A stretch of 64,000 nt of DNA from Cenococcum geophilum. Lineage: Eukaryota. The stretch lies in the NCBI GenBank assembly GCA_050273025.1, contig CP158635.1, positions 5,766,001 to 5,830,000 on the forward strand, written 5' to 3'. The notes beneath the pieces are model-generated. The model had not been told where the DNA came from. It searched no databases and saw nothing but the letters and a program-made list of their open reading frames with translations. The translations under genes and the position numbers were made by a program. Positions 35,708 through 48,011 of this stretch are shown in pieces. Every line of letters starts with the position of its first letter. Positions within the stretch are counted from its first letter, which is position 1.

Positions 35708-38700
35708 CTACTATTGTCTATTTAAGCATTCTTCTATAAGAAATCTTTTTAGTTAAAGTATTAAGTCTTCTAACTCCTAGACTTTTATTAGATACTATCC
35801 GTATATATACTTAGTATTTCTATATTATTGCTTATCTAGCGCCTAATATATTCTTATAGGGTACTTCTAATTCTTTTCTTTTAGATTCTTATATATATTG
35901 TATATATTATCTATATATATAATCTATAATAGCGTATAATATGCTATGTGTTTTAGGTTAACTCTTAATTTATCTTTATCTTTAAGTTTAAACCTCTATT
36001 ATATTAATCTAAACATTATAACTTTGTTTGCAGGTACTAAGATTTGCCTTTCGCTTCTCTAGTCCTCTAATTATTCCTCTAAATCCTTTAATATTATAAT
36101 TAAGGCTCCCTTAATATAACTTATAGCTTTTTCTATAATTAGGTGGTCTTAGATAACTTATTCGTCTAGCTATATATAGAAATCTTCCTATTTATTGTTA
36201 TATCGTTGCCTATACCACTTTTAGTATAGCTGTTAGGGTATATACGGTTTATCTATAAGGAAGTATCTTCTTATTACTGCATTATAATAGCCTTTTATAT
36301 ACCGTTCTTCGAACCTAGTTAAAATCCCTAAATCCTTTTCTTATTTTAGTTTAGTAAGCTACCTAGCTCTTAGCGTGCCTATTCTAAGCCTATTAGTAAC
36401 TTTTTGTATAGGTGCTCTGTCCCTAGTATAACCTAGTATACTAGATCTCTAGTCTAGTTTTTACTCTTACTATATAAGGATTCTCTATCTAAATTCCTCT
36501 ATAATTTCCTTTAGTTTACGCCTTATAAGTAGATTTTTAAAGTTCTCTTACTTTATAATCTTAGTTTATTTAATAATCCTTATTTATGTCTAGAAATCTT
36601 AGTCCTATAGAATTTTTAATCCTAAGCTTGCTTCTTTCTTAAGCTTAGCTTTAGCCTTAGTCTAACTAGGCTTCCGTAGCGTTCTCGTCTTATCTTAAGA
36701 ATTTTAAATCTTACTTATCCTACTTTAAGAATCTTATATCTTTAGGAAACTTCATCCCGAGCTTATTTATATGTTACTAAACTAAGCCATTACTTTGCTT
36801 TATCGGTTGTTGTCTATTATAGGTCCTTAAGCGTGTCTTATCTCTTCTTAAGAATCTTAAGCCTTTAGCCTTTTACCTTTATTAAGTGGTAAGCTAGTAC
36901 TAGCAGTCATCTACTTACTTAATCCCTTTTCTTAGATATTTCTCCTTCCGTCTTATAAAGCGATGGATATCGTATCTAATAGTATTATAATTTCTATTAC
37001 CGACCCTTACTCTATAGTGGTCTCGGTCTTTACTTTTAATATAATATTTTTAAGGCTTATATACTCCTAGTAAGCTGCCTTTATTACCTTATTATTACTA
37101 AAGATTTCGCCTATATTAAAGTTATTATCCTTAATATCCAATCTATGAAATAGTTTGTTAGTTCCTCTAAACTCTAATAATTTCGGCTCCTACGGCTAAT
37201 AGCTTACGCTATACTTAGCGTCCTTATAAATCTAGTATGTGTTATTATAATAAAACGCAAAACTCTTAATTAAATACTCTTTTGTTCCTTATAGCATATT
37301 TTTATCCCTCTATATATATATATTGTCTACTAGTCTTATTCCTCTTACTATATAGTAACTCTGTCTACTTTTATAGTCTTTAATAAAATAACCTTATTTT
37401 CCGCAATTTATATAAGCTCCTTTCTTAAACCATTTTTCTTATTATAGAGTCCGCCTAAATGTCTTCTGCTATTAAGATCCCTAGTTCGGCCTCTACTCCT
37501 TAGACCTTAAATTACTTAATCCCTATTTTTTAAATTTCCATAGTTTCTTATTTCATTTCTTATTTTCTTTAGTACCGCTTAGGTCCATTAGCTCTGCGCT
37601 ATACTATAGTTTCTAGTTTTAACTCTATTATTGCGTACACTACGCCTTATATAACTATAGAACTCTATCCTAACCCTTCTCAGTCTGCTCTCTTTAGTAG
37701 ATCCTATTATCGATCTTAATTACTTAATTAATTAATTCCCTAAGAGTATCCGCATCTTTTATTAGGATAATTACATCCTAAACCTTTACTTTAAGTCCTT
37801 ATTTATACTATACTATAAGCGCCTTATTATTCCATTTAACTTATATAGCTAATATCTAAAACTACATCATATACTTAATTACTAAAGTTTATTACACTAA
37901 GTTTTAAAGCTTTTATTTTACTATAGTGGTTGCTTCTAGGTCTTTAAATATTTATATTAGGTATTCCGCGAACCCATTCTAACTAGTAAACATATATCGT
38001 ACTTCTTAGTTAGTAGTTGCTATACCGCTTCTCCATATCTCCGTAAGGTAAGATTTAAACTACTTAAATGCCCTTCCTAATAGGAATAGTCCTATATAGG
38101 CTATTTAATCTACAGGTATTGCTAGCTTCGCTCCTTCTTATATAACCTTAAAATACATTTATATAAGGCATCCTTTAAGTTTTAACTTCTTACCTAAGAA
38201 TTGCTTAATAGATAGTAGCCTAATCTTCGCTGCTCCTATTCTATTAATCCTTTCTTTAAGTATTCTATTATTATCCGTTGATTAATTAACTATAGCTTAT
38301 AATTATCCAACCGTAATTAGCTAAGAGTTAGTATCTACTATACTAGTGTTGTTACCTAATCCCGATATAGTTGCTGCCGTTAACAGCGTTATAACTAGTG
38401 CTTTTAGTAGCATATTATTTAACTTCTTTTACTATAATCCTAGTAGTAAATATATAACGAAGCCTTATAGGAAATACTATAGTAGACTTATTAATAGGCT
38501 AGGTATATAGGTATAGAATAGTCAATAACGTAAATATAACTAGTGGGGTAGTTACTTAATAGATTAGCTCTAATTATATTCTAAGATTTACTACAAAGAA
38601 GAGAACTATCTAGGTAGGGACTATAGTTCTTTAAATATATAATACTACGCCTAAGAAATATACTAAGTACATTAGTATATTAGTATATCAGTACATTACG

Positions 38701-38872
38701 TTTCTATATTTCTATGTTTTTATATTCTAAACTTATAATATAACTAATTATATAACTTAGCTACCTCTTATCCTTTAGCTTAATCGGTTCTAGCGCCTCC
38801 TATACTATCTTAACCACCCCGTTTATATCTCTTCTTAGTAGTCGTACTACTGCCGATATAAGGTCCGTAACA
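35708..38872 (-). mobile_element. Gypsy family B copy (subfamily b), 5' part: gag region plus 5' LTR 38453-38872
   Basis: Collinear with 59355-62239. The LTR matches the 7504-7926 type. Confidence 0.88.
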
Positions 38873-40128
38873 ATTATTATATAATATATTAAAGAGATTT
38901 TAAGATATTCCTTAATAATATTAATAACTTTAAGAACCCATTTAATTATTGCTTGTTAACCTTTAAGAAATAAAGTTATACTCTTAAAGATAGAGAGAAA
39001 TTACTCTATTATACGACAGAGAGTAATATTAGAGGGAGTAAGCTTATCTCTTTTATTAATCGTACTCTTATTAATATGCGCTTTAGTATAATTCCGAAGT
39101 ATATTAAGGACTTCCTTCTTAAGTATAATATAAAGTATACGGAACTAGCTATTTTATCTTATATAATTACCTAGGGGGATTAACTTTCTAGAGAGTGTAT
39201 TAAACTTATTTATATAATTAGGCGAGGCACGGATATAGACAACAAGATTATAGATCTTGCCTATAACACCTATCTTTACTCTAATTAAATTTGCTCTCTC
39301 TTTTTAGTATTTATTATTTAACTCTTCTCCTAATTTATCTTCTCTATATACAATTCTATAAGTTACTCTTCGCTATTATTAATAAAGAGAAAAGCTTTAA
39401 TAATAAGATTAAGAATATAGCCTATATAGCAGAGCCGTTAGAAAGTCTAATTCTAGTTAATTTAATTCTTTATACTAAGATAAGTTGCCATTATATAATA
39501 AAGCGTATTATTTATGGTAGAATTGTTATTAATAAGGATGCTAATATTTTCTATAATTCTATAATCTTTAAGGATGGGGTAAAGGGCTTCCCTTTAATTT
39601 AAACTACTATAGCTATATACCGTATAAAGGGTAATTAAGATATTTTAAAAGCGATCCTATGTTACGGACGCTTTAAGTACAATGTTATGACTACTTGGAG
39701 AAGAGTCGGAAGAAGCTAGTTGGTTAATTTAAGCACGGTTTAGGATGGAGCCGATAGAACTATGTGACGAGGAATGGTAACTAAGGTCACGTAATATAAT
39801 CTGTATAATCTGTAGGATTTATATAATCCGTAACAGAGTAGGTAGAGTATATATATATTATGTATAAGAAGGATTTTATAGGATTACGGTTGTGTATTTA
39901 AGGACCCTTAGTCCCTACCTAGATAGTTCCTTTCTTATAGTAATTCTTAGAATACAATTAGAGTTAATCTATTGGGCAACTACTCCACTAGTTATTATTA
40001 CGTTATTAACTTTAACTTGCATTACCTATATACCTAGCCCAATAATAAGCCTACCGTAGTACCTACTACAAGGTTCCGTTATATAATTACTACCTAGTTA
40101 CAGTATTAAGTATAGAAAGTTGAATAAT

Positions 40129-43100
40129 ATGCTACTAAATGCAGCCACTATAACGCCATTGACGGCGGCAACTACCTTAAGGTTAGGAGGCGATACCAGT
40201 ATAGCAGATACTGACTCGCAATAACCTATGACGGTTGGATAACTATAAGAGATAGTTAACTAATTAACGACTAATAATGCGGCGCTGGAAGAAAGGGTTA
40301 ATAGGATAAGAGTAGCAAAGATTAAGTTACCATTAATTAAGAGATACTTAGGCGAGAGATTAAAGCTTAAAGGATTTCTTATATAAATGCACTTTAAAGT
40401 TATATAAGAAGGGGTAAAGCTACTAACACCTATAGATCGAATAGCCTATGCGAGACTATTTCTGTTAGGAAGGGCACTTAAGTGGTTTAAGCTTTACCTT
40501 ACGGAAATATAGGTAAATGGAATGACAACCACTAATTAGGAGGTGCGGTTTATATTCTTAAGCTAAGAAGGGTTTATAGAGCAACTTACGCAGATATTTA
40601 GAGACCTAGAGGCAATAACTATAGCGGAAAGAAAGCTCTAAGACATTACGTAACGAACTTTAGTAATTAAATATATAATATAGTTCCAGATATTAGCTAT
40701 ATAAGTTAAGTGGAATAATGAGGCGCTTATAGCATAATATAAATAAGGACTTAAGGCTAAAGTCTAGGATGTAATTATCCTAATAAAAGATGCGGACACC
40801 CTATAGGAATTAATAGATTAAGCGATTAAGATTAACAATTAGATCTACTAAAGGGAATAGGCTAAAAGAGGCTAAAATAGAGTTCTATAGTTATATAAGG
40901 CGTAAAGTACGCAACAACTAAAGCTAAGTTAGAGACTATAGTATAGCGCAGAGCTAATAGACCTAAGTAGTACTAAAGAAGCCTATAAGAGATGGAGTAA
41001 GAAACCATAAAAACCTAAAGGTTAAGGATCTAGTAATTATAGGACTAGGGAGCAGAGGCTAAACTAGGGATCTTAGCAGTAGAAAATATTTAGGCGAACT
41101 CTATAATAAAATTAGTGGTTTAAAGATAGAGCTTATATAAATTATAGAAAATAAGGTTACTTTATAAGGGATTATAAAGATAGTTAGAAGTACTATATAA
41201 TAAAAGGAACTAGACTAACGGTAGATAATATATACGTATAGAGGGATAATAGTGTACTATAGGGAACAAAAGAATATTTAATTAGAAGTTTTGAGTTTTG
41301 TTATAATAACACATACTAAATTTATAAAGACGCTAAGTATGGTATAAGCTATTGGCTATAAGAGCTAAAATCCTTTGAGTGTAGAGGAACTAATAAACTA
41401 GTTCGCAGATCGGATATTAAGGATAATAAATTTAATATAGGCGAAACATTTTGTAATAATAAGGCGATATAGGCGGTTTACTAGGAATACGTAGCTATCG
41501 GAGATGTTATACTAGAGGTAGAGGATAATTCCACTATAGAATAAGGAACATTAGTAGGGATTAAGACCCTACTAGACACGATATCTATCGCTTCGCGAGA
41601 CTTAAGAGAAGTAGGATAGCGAGCTACTTTAGCACTCAATAAAGGCAAAAGGCTAAAGGCTTAAAATTCTTAAGACGAAATAAAAGACAACTAAGATTCT
41701 TAAGACGAGATAAGGTAAGCTTAAGGACTTATAACAGACGATAACTAATAGAGTAGAGTAATAGCTTAGTTTAAAGATATATAAATAAGCTTAAGATAAG
41801 ATAAGTAAGATTTAAGACTTTTAAGATAAGATAAGAATACCCAAGCCTAGTTAGACTAAGGTAGGAGTTAAGCTTAAGTTAGGAGTAAGCTTAAGATTAA
41901 AGAATTTAAGGGACTAAAGATTTAGAGTATAAATAAGGGCACCCACAAGTAAGAGGCAAGAGGCTTCTTTATAGATTAGAGAATCTATAGTGCAAATAGT
42001 AGTTAGGCTAGGAGACAGATATATAGACCTAAAAGACCTACTAGGTAAATAAAGCATTTAGCTTAAAGATCAAAAAGTTAATACTAAAATTAAGAAGTAA
42101 GATAACTTTAAGGATCTACTTATAAGATACAAAAAGAAAGAAACCATAGAGGAATTTAGAGCAAGAATTACCTTATAGTAGGATTAGAAACTAGATAAGA
42201 GATTTAGCGTACTAGGTTATATAAGGGACAGAGCACCTATATAAAGAATTACTAATAGACCTAGAATAGGTATACTAAGAGCTAAGTGGCTTACTAAATT
42301 AGAAGATAAAGAGGATCTAGAAATCCTAATTAGGTTTAAAGAACAATATATAAAGGGCTATTATAACGTAGTAATAAGAAGATACTTTCTTATAAACAAG
42401 CTGTATACACTCCAGCAGCTATATTAAAGGTAGTATAGGCAACGACATAATAATAAGTAGGAAGATTTCTATATATAATTGGACAAAAAAGTTATCTAAG
42501 ACCACCTAATTACGGAAAAGGCTATAAGTTATATTAAAGAAGCCTTAATTATAATATTAAAGGATCTAGAGGAGTAATTAGAGGACTAGAGAAGTAAGAG
42601 GCAAATTATAGTACCTGTAAATGAAGCTGCAACGCTTAAATCAACATAGAAAGGTTTAAACTTAAGGGTAAAAACGAGCTAAGAGTTAACCTAAAACACT
42701 AAGTATACTATATATTAGCATAGATTATATACGTAGATAATACGTATAATATATATAGAGCACTAAAGAATAGAAACTGGAAGTACCTAGTAAGGATATA
42801 CTAGTTATTAAACAAGGCAAAATATTAAAATATTAAGTATATGCATAGTTAGCACCTAGTAGAAGTATAAGCCTAAGGGGACTTAATACTTTAACTAGGA
42901 AGATTCCTTACGGAAGAATACCTAGATAGATAATAGTAGTGGGAATACCTAGAGAATATATATTTATAGTATATTAAAAATAAAAAGCAAACTAAGTATT
43001 AGCTAAAAGTGGACTAAGTATAAACAGGATTAAGCAGCTAATAGTTAGGAAAAGTAGAGGCCTATAGAACTAAAGGGAACTAGTAGTAGAGCCTTAAACC

Positions 43101-46100
43101 CTTAAAGGAATTTAAGGATAATACCTAAATCTATAAGTTAAATAGTAAGATTAGTAGTTTAAAGCACTAATAGATAGTAGAGTAATAAGGAACTATATCT
43201 TACTAATAGCAGTTAAAATAATAGGGTTACTACACAGGAAAAAGGAGCACCCTTACCTACTAGTAATAATTTTAGGAGATCTAATAGCCTATAAAGGAGG
43301 TATTATTAATCTCAAAACAGGACCTATTTAGTTAACTATTAAAGGAAGATAAATTAAGATATCTTTTAATATATTACCATTAGGGAATAATAAGGCAGTA
43401 CTAGAAATGCCTTAGTTACAGGAATATAATCTAAGGATTAATTAGATTATAGGTTAGGTTAATATTAGAGATACTTAACGCCATAAGATATAATAATAAA
43501 CTAAGTTAGTATAGTACTAAGTCGGAGTAATATACGAAGAAACTAAGTGAGGCTTAAGTTATATACTAAAAAGATACCACAAGTATAGTAAAAAACTATA
43601 GTCACTAGAAAGTAAAAAGCTATTAGAATATATAGTATAGGACTATAAAATAGAATTAGAACTAGAAATAAGTCTAAGGTTCTTTCTAATCTATAAGCTT
43701 ACTAAAGAAGAAAGGAGAGTATTAAAAGAGTTTATTTAGGAAAACCTATAAAAGGGATATATTAGACTATTGTAGTTATTAGCAGGTTATCTAGTACTAT
43801 TTATACTAAAGAAAAATAGTAAACTAAGGCTGTATATCGACTATAGACAGTTAAATAGTATTACTAGAAAGGACAGGTATCCTTTACCCTTAATTAGCAA
43901 AATTTAAGATAGGATAGGTAACGTACAAATCTTTATAAAGATAGATCTAAGATAGGCGTACTATTAGATTAGAATTAAGGAAGGTAATAAATAAAAGGCA
44001 GCCTTTAGGTTAAAAGAAGGACTATATAAACTATTAGTTATATAATTTAGGCTTATAAACGTATTAGCAATATTCTAAAAGCGTATTAATAATATATTAG
44101 GAGAGCACTTAGATGAATTTGTTATAGTATACCTTAATAATATTATTATCTACTTAATAACTAAGGAAGAATACGGGGAATACGTTAAATAGGTTTTAAA
44201 GAGACTATAAGAGGAATAGATACTAGTAGCAATTAAGAAATACGAGTTCTTTACTAGGAAAACCATTTTATTAAATTTATTATTAAACTAGGCTAACTTA
44301 GTATAGATCTAAAAAAGATTAAGGCTATAGTAAATTAGTAAGAACTAGAGAATATTATATAGTTAAGATTATTTCTAGGGTTTTATAATTACTATAGAAG
44401 GTTTATAGCGCAGTAGTTAAAGGATATTAAACTATTTACGCGATTAATAAAGAAGAAAGAACTATAGGCATAGGGAGAAGAACAGCGAAAATTATTTAAA
44501 GAAGTTAAAAGGTTGTTTACCTAAGAGCTAGTTCTTAAAATCTATTAACTAGGGCTAAAAACGGTTATAGAAACGGATATATTAGACTTTATACTAGGGG
44601 TATACTTTATATAGAAATATTAAGATAGATGGCACCTAGTGGCATACTATAGTAAGAAAATAATACTACTAGAGTTAAACTATAACATTTATAATAAGGA
44701 GTTATTAGGTATAGTTATAGTACTTAAAAAATAGAGAGTATTCTTATAAGGCATAGAGAAACTATTTATAGTTAAGACGGATTATAAGAACCTAATAGGA
44801 TTTCTAATAATAAAGGAACTTAATTAAAAATAGGTTAGATAGGTAGAGATACTTATAGAATACTATTTTAAAATTTAGTATATTAAGGGTACAGATAATA
44901 TATAAGTAGATACTCTAAGTTAAAAAGCTAAACTATAAAATAATAAAAAGCCATTAGGGGCTTTACTGCGAAAAGATATAGACGGATTAATTAGGTATAA
45001 TTATCTAAAAATTATAGTAACTTAAGAGGAACTAAATAAGGTTTATAAGTTATTAGAAAGCTTTTAGGTATAAAGAATTCTAAAGGTATAACTAGAAGAT
45101 CTATAGACGGATATATATAAAAATTAGGAAGTAAAGTATATCCTAAAAAGCATAGCAAAGTAGTTCGTAGAGGACTTCTATAAGGGACTAACTTAAGGAC
45201 ATAACGGAGCTATAGGCTTAGTGTTAAGACTTTAGGAAGAATATATTATTAATAAAATCTAAAATATTATAAGAAAAGTAATAAAGGAATATCTAGATTG
45301 CTAAAGAAATAAATTAATAAGGCATAAGCTATATAGAGGGCTATAACCTAATAAAATATTAGAGAGACTATAGGAGGTTATATTATAGGACTTTATTATT
45401 AAGTTACTAAAATTAAGAGATCCTATTACTGGATAAGATTATAACGAAATCTTAGTAATTATAGACAAGCTTATAAAGTAGGGATACTTTATAGCATACA
45501 CAAAAGAAATATTAGTAGAAGATATCGCTAGAATCTATATTAAAGAAGTGTTTATAAGGTATAGAGCACTAAGTAAAATTATATTAGATAAAGATTTAAG
45601 ATTTATAGTAGTATTTTAGAAGGTATTCTTAGCGGAATAAGGAGTTAAAGCAGTAACTTTTACCGTATATTATCCGCAGACGGACGGTTAAACGGAGAGA
45701 TTAAATTAGACACTAGAATAGTATTTAAGACATTATATTAATTATATACAGAATAATTAGGTATTGCTATTACTAGTTATATAGTTTATATATAATATAG
45801 CACCTTAAGAAGGAATAGGCATATTACCATTTAAGGCAAATTACGGATATAAACTAAGAATATTATTATTATTATAGTAAGTAAAAAAGACGAGTAGCAT
45901 AGCTAAAGAAAGAATAAAGATATTAATAAATCTTTATATAGACCTTATAAAATTAGTAAAAAAAGTATAAGAAAGAATAAAAAGGTACTATAATACTAAG
46001 AGATCTAAGGGACTAGATCTTAAGGAGGGAGATAAAGTGTAGCTACTATACAAAAATTTTAAGAGTTAATAACTAAGTAAGAAGTTGGACTATATTAGAC

Positions 46101-46450
46101 TAGGACCTTTTAAAATTATATAGAGGATTTTACCGGTTACGTTTAAGTTAAACCTACTAGCTAAAATAAAGATTTACCCTATATAGTATATTATAATGCT
46201 AGAGCTAGTATATAGGAATATTAAGCTATTAGTTTATAAAGCAGACATATATAGAGGATAAGAAGAAGATAAATAGTAAGTTTTAAAGATTATTAGTTAT
46301 AAGGATATTAACGATAAAATATAGTATAAGGTTAAGTGGATAGGCTATACTAAGACTACTTAGGAACTACTAAAGAATCTAAAGAACGCTATAGGAAAGG
46401 TATAGGAGTATTAGAAGAAATTAGGTTAGGCAGTATTAATAAAAAAGGAT
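40129..46450 (+). pseudogene. Family B gag-pol: gag with CCHC, ~2-kb spacer, protease, RT, RNase H, integrase, chromodomain
   Basis: ATG at 40129. Reverted CYNCGKQGHF (~41133), ALIDSG (~43164), YLDDIIIY (~44130), WDFIVKL (~45386), QTDGQTER (~45677) and YKVKWTGY..TTWEP..NL (~46325). Confidence 0.9.
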
Positions 46451-47060
46451 TAAAAAAAATAAGTTACCTAAGGGGGACCTAAGAAGAGTAGTTGCTAAAC
46501 TACTTAAATCTATTTCCTTCTCGGCTAGATAAGAATCCGTTCTTTTATTACTAAGTTTCTATAGACCCTATTTTATAAGTTTTTACTCCTTAGAATAGAC
46601 CTTCTTATAAACCTTCTTAAGACGGATTAACTAAGCGGACGCTGTAAGATAAGACTTAAGGGCCCGTTGCTAAGTATTAGTAGCCTCCTATTCTGCGTTA
46701 TAAGAATAGTATAACTTCGCCAGGGTAATAAACAGCTTATTATCTAGCTATATAATAGTAGATTAAATATAAAACCCTAAGACAAATTAATTAAGAAACT
46801 AGACAACTATTAAGAGCAATAGGTTGTGTATATTTAGTATTAGAGATAGAGCAAACGTTATAGGACGAATAAATATTTGCTTTAGTGCGCTCTAAATAAG
46901 AGGATGGTTATCGCGAAGATAGACTCGCTAACGCAATATAAACTAACCCCTCTTTTAAATAGCAAGAATATAGAGACGGTATAATCTCACTAAGAGATAA
47001 TATCGCAGCGATAATGCGAGCATAATGAGCGGTTAAAGAAAAAGAAATTACTTTAGGTAT
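46430..47060 (-). pseudogene. Antisense accessory gene (Zn2Cys6-like plus coiled coil) in the full-length + strand family-B copy
   Basis: Reverse-complement homologue of 15464-16090. The start codon is mutated to ATA at 47060. Confidence 0.68.
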
Positions 47061-48011
47061 AATAAGTAATAATATTAACCAAATTAATTAGATAGATATT
47101 ACACCTCTAGTAAACAACTTAGAGATATTTTAAATCTTTAAGGACGAAGATAAAGAGAAGGGAGATAGTGTTACGGACGCTTTAAGTATAATATTATAAC
47201 TACTTAGAGAAGAGTTAAAAGAAGCTAATTAGTTAATTTAAGCACGGTTTAAGATAGAGCCAATAGAACTATGTAACGAGGAATAGTAACTAAGATTATA
47301 TAATATAATCTATATAATCTATAGGATCTATATAATCCGTAATAGAGTAGGCAGAGTATACGTATATTATATATAAGAAGGATTTTATAGGAGTACGGTT
47401 GTGTATTTAAGGACCCTTAGTCCCTACCTAGATAGTTCCTTCCTTATAGTAATTCTTAGAATATAATTAGAGTTAATCTATTAGGCAACCACTCTACTAG
47501 TTATTATTACGTTATTAACTTTAACTTGCATTACCTACACACCTAGCCTAATAATGAGCCTACTGTAGTACTTGCTATAAGGTTCCGTTACATCCTAGGT
47601 ATTAATAAAGCTGGCGCAAATTATAAGTAAAAGGTTATAACTTAGTAAGGTCTAGATATCGACAGTAAAATAGATGCTTATTTGCGATAATTAAAGCCTT
47701 TTTTATATAATATCTTTTGCTTATGGAAACTAAGCCCCTACCCTCTATTTAGTCATGTTATAAGATACTAGTATAAATATACGGCCTTGTGGATTTATTG
47801 CTTAAATAAAGGCATACTATTCTGGCTATTCTATACCCAAAAATAGAAGCTATTATACAATAATTAGATCCAGGAGGGTTTAGTTAACGACCTGTTAATT
47901 AACTATACGCTAAAGAATCTCTTAATTAAGGTCGTCTTTACTATTACTAAGCTGGAGAAGAAGCTATTGTATTACAGCACTAGTGGAAACTAGTAAATTG
48001 TGGCTAATAGA

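Larger units (their letters stand above)
39660..47592 (+). mobile_element. Full-length Gypsy/chromovirus family B element (7933 bp)
   Basis: 424-bp LTRs at 39660-40083 and 47169-47592, TSD TCCTA (39655-39659, 47593-47597), PPT AAAGAGAAGGGAGATAG before 47169. Confidence 0.96.
38873..48011 (-). pseudogene. hAT-superfamily transposase relic (38873-39659 and 47598-48011), split by a family-B element
   Basis: Reverted minus-strand motifs: LPFSGVEWPEWHAF, IHFTVDIWTSPSH (~47640-47680), ILEDYGI..DNSTTND (~39510-39575), GKIHNLVVYIRASP (~39220-39262) and TRWNSWF (~39140-39165). Confidence 0.85.

Noticed and set aside
7504..38872. Single 31-kb family-B element bounded by matching subfamily-b LTRs
   Set aside because: There is no TSD (ATACG versus ATTAT), the flanking hosts differ and the gag region is duplicated, so the LTRs come from two insertions.
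39291..39602. 103-aa hydrophobic ORF resembling a secreted or membrane protein
   Set aside because: It is antisense to the hAT transposase relic, and the I/L/Y/N bias is a RIP artefact.
46430..47160. env-like third ORF in the sense orientation of family B
   Set aside because: No sense-strand signal peptide or transmembrane pattern is recognisable; the conserved coding signal is on the antisense strand.
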